Part shown: in pieces, positions 59,847 to 64,000 of the stretch
How the letters are laid out: every line of letters starts with the position of its first letter
Numbering within the stretch: position 1 is the stretch's first letter
DNA from: an uncultured delta proteobacterium
GTDB taxonomy: Bacteria; Desulfobacterota; Desulfobacteria; Desulfobacterales; Desulfatirhabdiaceae
DNA: 64,000 bases
Reading direction: 5' to 3'
NCBI GenBank assembly: GCA_963845015.1
Contig: CAWJRD010000008.1
Coordinates: 3,993 to 67,992 of the forward strand
Program-made: the position numbers and the translations under genes
The notes under the pieces: generated by a model
What the model saw: only the letters and a program-made list of their open reading frames with translations
Told to the model about the DNA's origin: nothing
Database searches by the model: none

Positions 59847-60932
59847 ATGACAGGTAAAAAATTGACAACCGTAACAATCTTGGGTGTACTCAGTCTGTTT
59901 TTGATGGTCAGTTTCGCGACAGCCGCGGGTCCCCCGCCCCTGGATCAATGGAAGCCTGCTTTTGATCCGTCAACCGCCAAGTATAAAGCTGTAATTTCAA
60001 ATGTCTCGCATCCGGCGATTCGCGGGGTTTATTTCGGGTTTGCCCTGCGGGATGAGTTGTGGAAACGCACCAATGGCCAGATTTATATCGATTACAAACC
60101 CTTTTCGATGCTGGGCGGCGAAGTGGAGGTTTTAAATCAGCTCCAGATGGGCGCACTCCAGGGAATGGGCGTCAGCTCCGTGGCTTCCACCAATCTGGGA
60201 CCCCGGTTCGGCGTGGTGAATATGCCCTTTCTGGTCGACTCCTTTGACAAGCTCGATAAATTTGTCGGAAATGAAAAACTCTTTTCCCATTTCATGAATG
60301 CCATGGACCATCAGGGCATCATGGGCCTGGACATCACCGGTTACGGCAATTACGGCTGGGCAACGATGACGCCGTGCAAGACCATCGAGGATGCCAAGAA
60401 ACTCAAAATACGGATCGCCGAGGCGGCGGTCAATCAGCTTATTTACAAATCCTGGGGATTCAACCCCGTGGTCATGCCCTGGCCGGATGTCTCCATTGCC
60501 CTGAAACAGGGGGTTATTGACGGACTGGATCACACGCCCATGGTGTGCAACATCACCAAAAAATTCGAGGATGCCAAGTTCTTTACCCAGATCAATTATG
60601 CCCAGGGCCTGTTTATCTGGGTCATTAACAAGGCGTGGTTCAACACCCTTCCCGCTGATCTGCAGAAAATATTCAAGGAAACCGCAAAAGAAATAGCAGC
60701 AAAGATCCGGCAGGAAACCCGCCAGCAGGAAACAGACGAAATTGCAAAAGCCAAGGCAGCCGGCATCGAGTTCTTCAAGCTTTCGGATGCTGAAATGGCG
60801 ACGTTGCGCCATCAGGGAAATGTCGTTTATAAAGATTATGCACCTGAAATCAATAAGCTGTATGACGGCGATAAATACCGTCCCGCGGATTATCTGAAAG
60901 AAGTTCAGGATTTCCTCGGTTATCAGCCTTAA
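59847..60932 (+). CDS. dctP: TRAP transporter substrate-binding protein (DctP family).
   Basis: A signal peptide followed by YIDYKPFSMLGGEVEVLNQLQMGALQG, MPFLVDSFDK and LKIRIAEAAVN. Confidence 0.85.
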   Translation: MTGKKLTTVTILGVLSLFLMVSFATAAGPPPLDQWKPAFDPSTAKYKAVISNVSHPAIRGVYFGFALRDELWKRTNGQIYIDYKPFSMLGGEVEVLNQLQMGALQGMGVSSVASTNLGPRFGVVNMPFLVDSFDKLDKFVGNEKLFSHFMNAMDHQGIMGLDITGYGNYGWATMTPCKTIEDAKKLKIRIAEAAVNQLIYKSWGFNPVVMPWPDVSIALKQGVIDGLDHTPMVCNITKKFEDAKFFTQINYAQGLFIWVINKAWFNTLPADLQKIFKETAKEIAAKIRQETRQQETDEIAKAKAAGIEFFKLSDAEMATLRHQGNVVYKDYAPEINKLYDGDKYRPADYLKEVQDFLGYQP

Positions 60933-60947
60933 GCCAGCGTTACATTT

Positions 60948-60989
60948 GGGTCTGTTCCGGAAAAAGCCGGAGCTGTCCGGAACAGACCC
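60948..60989 (+). terminator. Intra-operon stem-loop after dctP, a candidate attenuator or mRNA-stabilising hairpin.
   Basis: A perfect 13-bp stem: gggtctgttccgg (60948-60) pairs with ccggaacagaccc (60977-89) around a 16-nt loop, followed by atctttcattt. Confidence 0.5.
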
Positions 60990-61025
60990 ATCTTTCATTT
61001 CATTAAACGATCAAGGATAAGATTC

Positions 61026-61529
61026 ATGCTGAAACAGATAATGAATACCGTGGACAAAGGCCTGTCATTATTTGAAGACTGGACCCTGTTTCTGACGGTA
61101 ATGGCGGCGCTGTTGGCCTTGTTCGCCAATGTGATTCTGCGGTATGGCTTCAATTACACCCTGGCCTGGTCCGAAGAACTCGTCAAGCTGGTGATCATCT
61201 ATACGACGTTTATCGGTTGCAGCGCCTCGATCAAAAACCGGTCCATGATCAAGGTGGACGTGCTGCTGCAGCTCGTTCCCAAAACCCGGTTCCCCCTGAT
61301 TGTTTTCAGCCATCTGGCGATCATCGTTTTTTCGCTGATCATGCTGGTCTACGGGTGGAAGATGGCCGCTCAGCAGGCAACCACCGGCCAGTCAACCATC
61401 ATCATGGGAATTCCGATGGTCTATCTTTACGCCTTGATGCCGCTGATGGGAGGCTTGATGCTGATACGATCCCTTCAGGTGCTCTATCAGGACATTGCCG
61501 CGGAAATGGCCAAAAAAACAACGGCTTGA
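61026..61529 (+). CDS. dctQ: TRAP transporter small permease (DctQ family).
   Basis: 167 aa with 4 TM helices. It has the typical W-EEL motif (YTLAWSEELVKLVIIYTTFIG). Confidence 0.8.
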   Translation: MLKQIMNTVDKGLSLFEDWTLFLTVMAALLALFANVILRYGFNYTLAWSEELVKLVIIYTTFIGCSASIKNRSMIKVDVLLQLVPKTRFPLIVFSHLAIIVFSLIMLVYGWKMAAQQATTGQSTIIMGIPMVYLYALMPLMGGLMLIRSLQVLYQDIAAEMAKKTTA

Positions 61530-61601
61530 AATCAACAGAAAACTAAAGCGATTCGCTTTCGGATTTCTGCTTTTACCGATTGAAATGGAGATATCTGGTT
61601 T

Positions 61602-62892
61602 ATGGAATGGAGCTATATAATTCCGCTGTTGATTCTGCTGGGCACCATGGCCACCTTTATTCCCGTGTTCATGTGCCTGTTTTACACCTCCTTGCTCTGC
61701 GTTCTGGCGTTTACCGATTACCCCATCATCCTGCTGGTTCAGAGCATTTTTAAAAGCATGGACAATTTCGCCCTGGTCGTGGTGTTGTTTTTCATTCTCT
61801 GCGGCAATATCATGACTACCGGCACCATCGTCGAAAAACTGATCAAGTTCACCAATGTGCTGGTGAGCTGGCTACCCGGCGGACTGGGGATGGCCGGCGT
61901 CATTGCCTGCGCCATATTCGGTGCAATTTCCGGCTCCACCGTCGCAACGGTCGTGGCCCTTGGCGGGTTCATGATTCCTGCGCTGATGGCCAATGGCTAT
62001 CGGAAAACATTACAGCGTCGGGCTCATGACGACATCCGGCAATCTGGGGGTGATCATTCCGCCCAGCATCGGCATGATTCTTTTCAGCATGATCAGCAAC
62101 TGCTCGCTGCAGGGGCTTTTTTTGACCGGCTTTGTTCCCGGCATCATGATTACGGTCGCCACCTGTATCTATACTTTTTTTGTTTTCAGGAACGATAAGA
62201 GAGTTGTGCGGATGCCGGTGCCGAAGTTTGCCGATATCTGGGTCGCATTCAAGGAATGCTTCTGGTCCCTGATGCTGCCCGTTGTGATTTTCGTCGGCAT
62301 TTACACCGGGATATTCACCGCCAACGAGGCGGCGGTCATATCCTGCGTCTATGCGTTTATCGTGGAGCTATTTATCCATAAATCCATGAAATTCGAGCAG
62401 GTGAAAAAAGTGGTCGTGGGGTCCGCCGTCACATCGGCATCCCTTTTGATCATCGTGGGCGGCGCCACCTGTTTCGGCAGGTACCTGGCCCTTGAATCCA
62501 TTCCGGCAAAAATCACCGAAGCCGTGACGGCCGGCATCCATTCGCCGATGGTCTTTCTTCTGGTCATCAATCTGGTGCTTCTGGTGGTCGGAATGCTGAT
62601 GGACATCATCTCCGCCACGCTGATCATCGGCCCGATCTGTATTCCGCTGCTGATTGCCTTTGGCATCGATCCCATCCACTTCGGGCTGATCATGACGGTC
62701 AACCTGGCCATCGGGTACTGCACGCCGCCGGTAGGGGTCAGTCTCTATATCGCCGGAGCCATCGCCAAACGCGATATTATGTTTGTCACCAAATCGGCGT
62801 TTCCGTTTCTCATCATTCAGATATCCATTTTGTTCCTGATCACCTATTTTCCCGGAACTGATCATGTGGCTGCCCAGGCTCTTCGGTTTTGA
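61602..62892 (+). CDS. dctM: TRAP transporter large permease (DctM family), with a +1 junction near 61995.
   Basis: ORF 61602..62198 (AIFGAISGSTVATVVALGGFMIPAL) continues in ORF 61993..62892 (GLMTTSGNLGVIIPPSIGMILF...PIHFGLIMTVNLAIGYCTPPVG). Confidence 0.85.
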
Positions 62893-62954
62893 AACCGGAG
62901 TGGCGACTGTCGGCGGCGGCAACTGATTCCAGGATCGGCCAGTCAGAACTGAAG

Positions 62955-62999
62955 CCATTTCGCTGATTTCCAAGCGCTATCTTGGAAACAGCGAAATGG
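62955..62999 (+). terminator. Long hairpin after dctM, a probable operon terminator or stabiliser.
   Basis: ccatttcgctgatttccaag pairs with cttggaaacagcgaaatgg, giving 19 bp with one bulged A and a 6-nt loop. There is no U-tract. Confidence 0.45.
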
Positions 63000-63067
63000 T
63001 CTGAGCCCGACGTATGGCCCCATTCAAATGGATAGCCCCTGTTTTTATCATTAAGGAGATTGCAGCA

Positions 63068-63626
63068 ATGGGAGATTCAAAATCTTATATCAAAGGCAAG
63101 CATATTCTGGCGGTTGATGATGAAGAAGATGTTCTGGAAACCATCGAAGATATTCTGGAAGGGGCGGTCCTGGATCGCGCCAAGGATTATGATACCGCTT
63201 CCCGGAAAATCCGGGATACACGTCTATGATCTGGCCATACTGGATATCATGGGGGTGAACGGGCTGCAGCTTCTTGAGGAAACAGTCGCCAAAGGAATCC
63301 CCACGGTCATGTTGACCGCCCATGCCGTCAATCCGGAAACCCTGATGACGTCCATCCGCAAAGGGGCCATTTCCTACCTTCCCAAGGAAGTGCTGTCGGA
63401 GCTGGACACCCTGCTGAACGAGCTTCTGGACGCCAGAGCTCAGGGGCAGCCGCCCTGGCGCCTCCTGTTCGATAAGCTGGGGAAATACTTTGATGAACGC
63501 TTTGGAAAGGACTGGAAAGAAAAGGACATGGCGTTCTGGTCCGATTTCAGCCGCACCTACCAGATCGGCAAAGGAATCCAGGAAAGGTTGCAGCATGACC
63601 CCACGATTCAGGGAAAAGGAATTTAG
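63068..63626 (+). CDS. Response regulator with a CheY-like receiver and a C-terminal domain of unknown type, with a +1 junction near 63220.
   Basis: ILAVDDEEDVLETIEDIL, then YDLAILDIMGVNGLQLLEE...PTVMLTAHA...GAISYLPK. Confidence 0.75.
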
Positions 63627-63662
63627 AGAAATCAGAGCGTTACTTTCGAATTTTTATGCATC

Positions 63663-64000
63663 TCACAGGAAGAAATAGGTGGCCAGCAGGCCGGTGATGC
63701 TCATGGTGATGGTGTAAGGCAGGGCCAGTAAGACCATTCGGCCATAGCTCAGGCGAATGACCGGGGCCAGAGCCGAGGTCAGTAGAAAGAGAAATGCCGC
63801 CTGACCGTTGGGCGTGGCGACGCTGGGGATGTTGGTGCCGGTGTTGATCGCAACGGCCAGCTTGTCAAACTGTTCCATGATGGTCCGGGCCTGTCCCGCG
63901 GCTTCCTGAGGCAGGGCTGCAAACACTTCGGAGCGGGCCATATGGGGAGCGGTCAATTTTTCCATGAGCTGCGCGCCGCTCATTCCGATATCGGGAATAA
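63663..64000 (-). CDS. nhaB: Na+/H+ antiporter NhaB, C-terminal part. The gene continues beyond the window.
   Basis: [50 protein letters not shown] closely matches my recollection of the E. coli NhaB C-terminus ([50 protein letters not shown]). Confidence 0.7.
   Translation of the reverse strand, partial: IPDIGMSGAQLMEKLTAPHMARSEVFAALPQEAAGQARTIMEQFDKLAVAINTGTNIPSVATPNGQAAFLFLLTSALAPVIRLSYGRMVLLALPYTITMSITGLLATYFFL

Overview
This 64 kb window (roughly 55% GC by eye) looks like a sulfate-reducer-type deltaproteobacterium of the Desulfobacterales; that assignment is inferred from gene content only.

**Core cluster (20.6-51.6 kb, all on +).** This is the translation/transcription supercluster: tRNA-Thr/Tyr/Gly/Thr, tuf, rpmG, tRNA-Trp, secE, nusG, rplKAJL, rpoBC, rpsLG, a second tuf, then the S10/spc/alpha operons through rplQ. 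There is no fusA, adk or map.

**Left flank (1-20.2 kb).**
- a heme-sensor MCP
- two paralogous GNAT-like proteins around a HisC-type aminotransferase
- an MFS transporter
- a three-subunit molybdenum hydroxylase
- an AT-rich island with a sigma54 promoter driving a roughly 10-heme secreted cytochrome
- pncB, ywbE and vapBC
- a YddA-type ABC transporter and an NdvB-like GH17-GT2 glucan synthase

**Right flank (51.6-64 kb).** acs translationally coupled to a Pat-type lysine acetyltransferase, an ACP, CoA-transferase A/B, an MFS transporter, TRAP dctPQM, a response regulator, and the 3' part of nhaB.

**Not found.** I found no rRNA, CRISPR array, transposase, integrase or prophage genes.

**Main caveat.** About 50 frame disruptions interrupt otherwise recognisable genes, including essential ones. 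About 9 in 10 look like a single extra base, so most are probably sequence errors. Gene spans below are the frame-corrected spans.

**Most interesting observation.** A parvulin (PPIase)-like domain of about 98 aa is inserted in frame inside the RNA polymerase beta-prime subunit, at 32262-32555.
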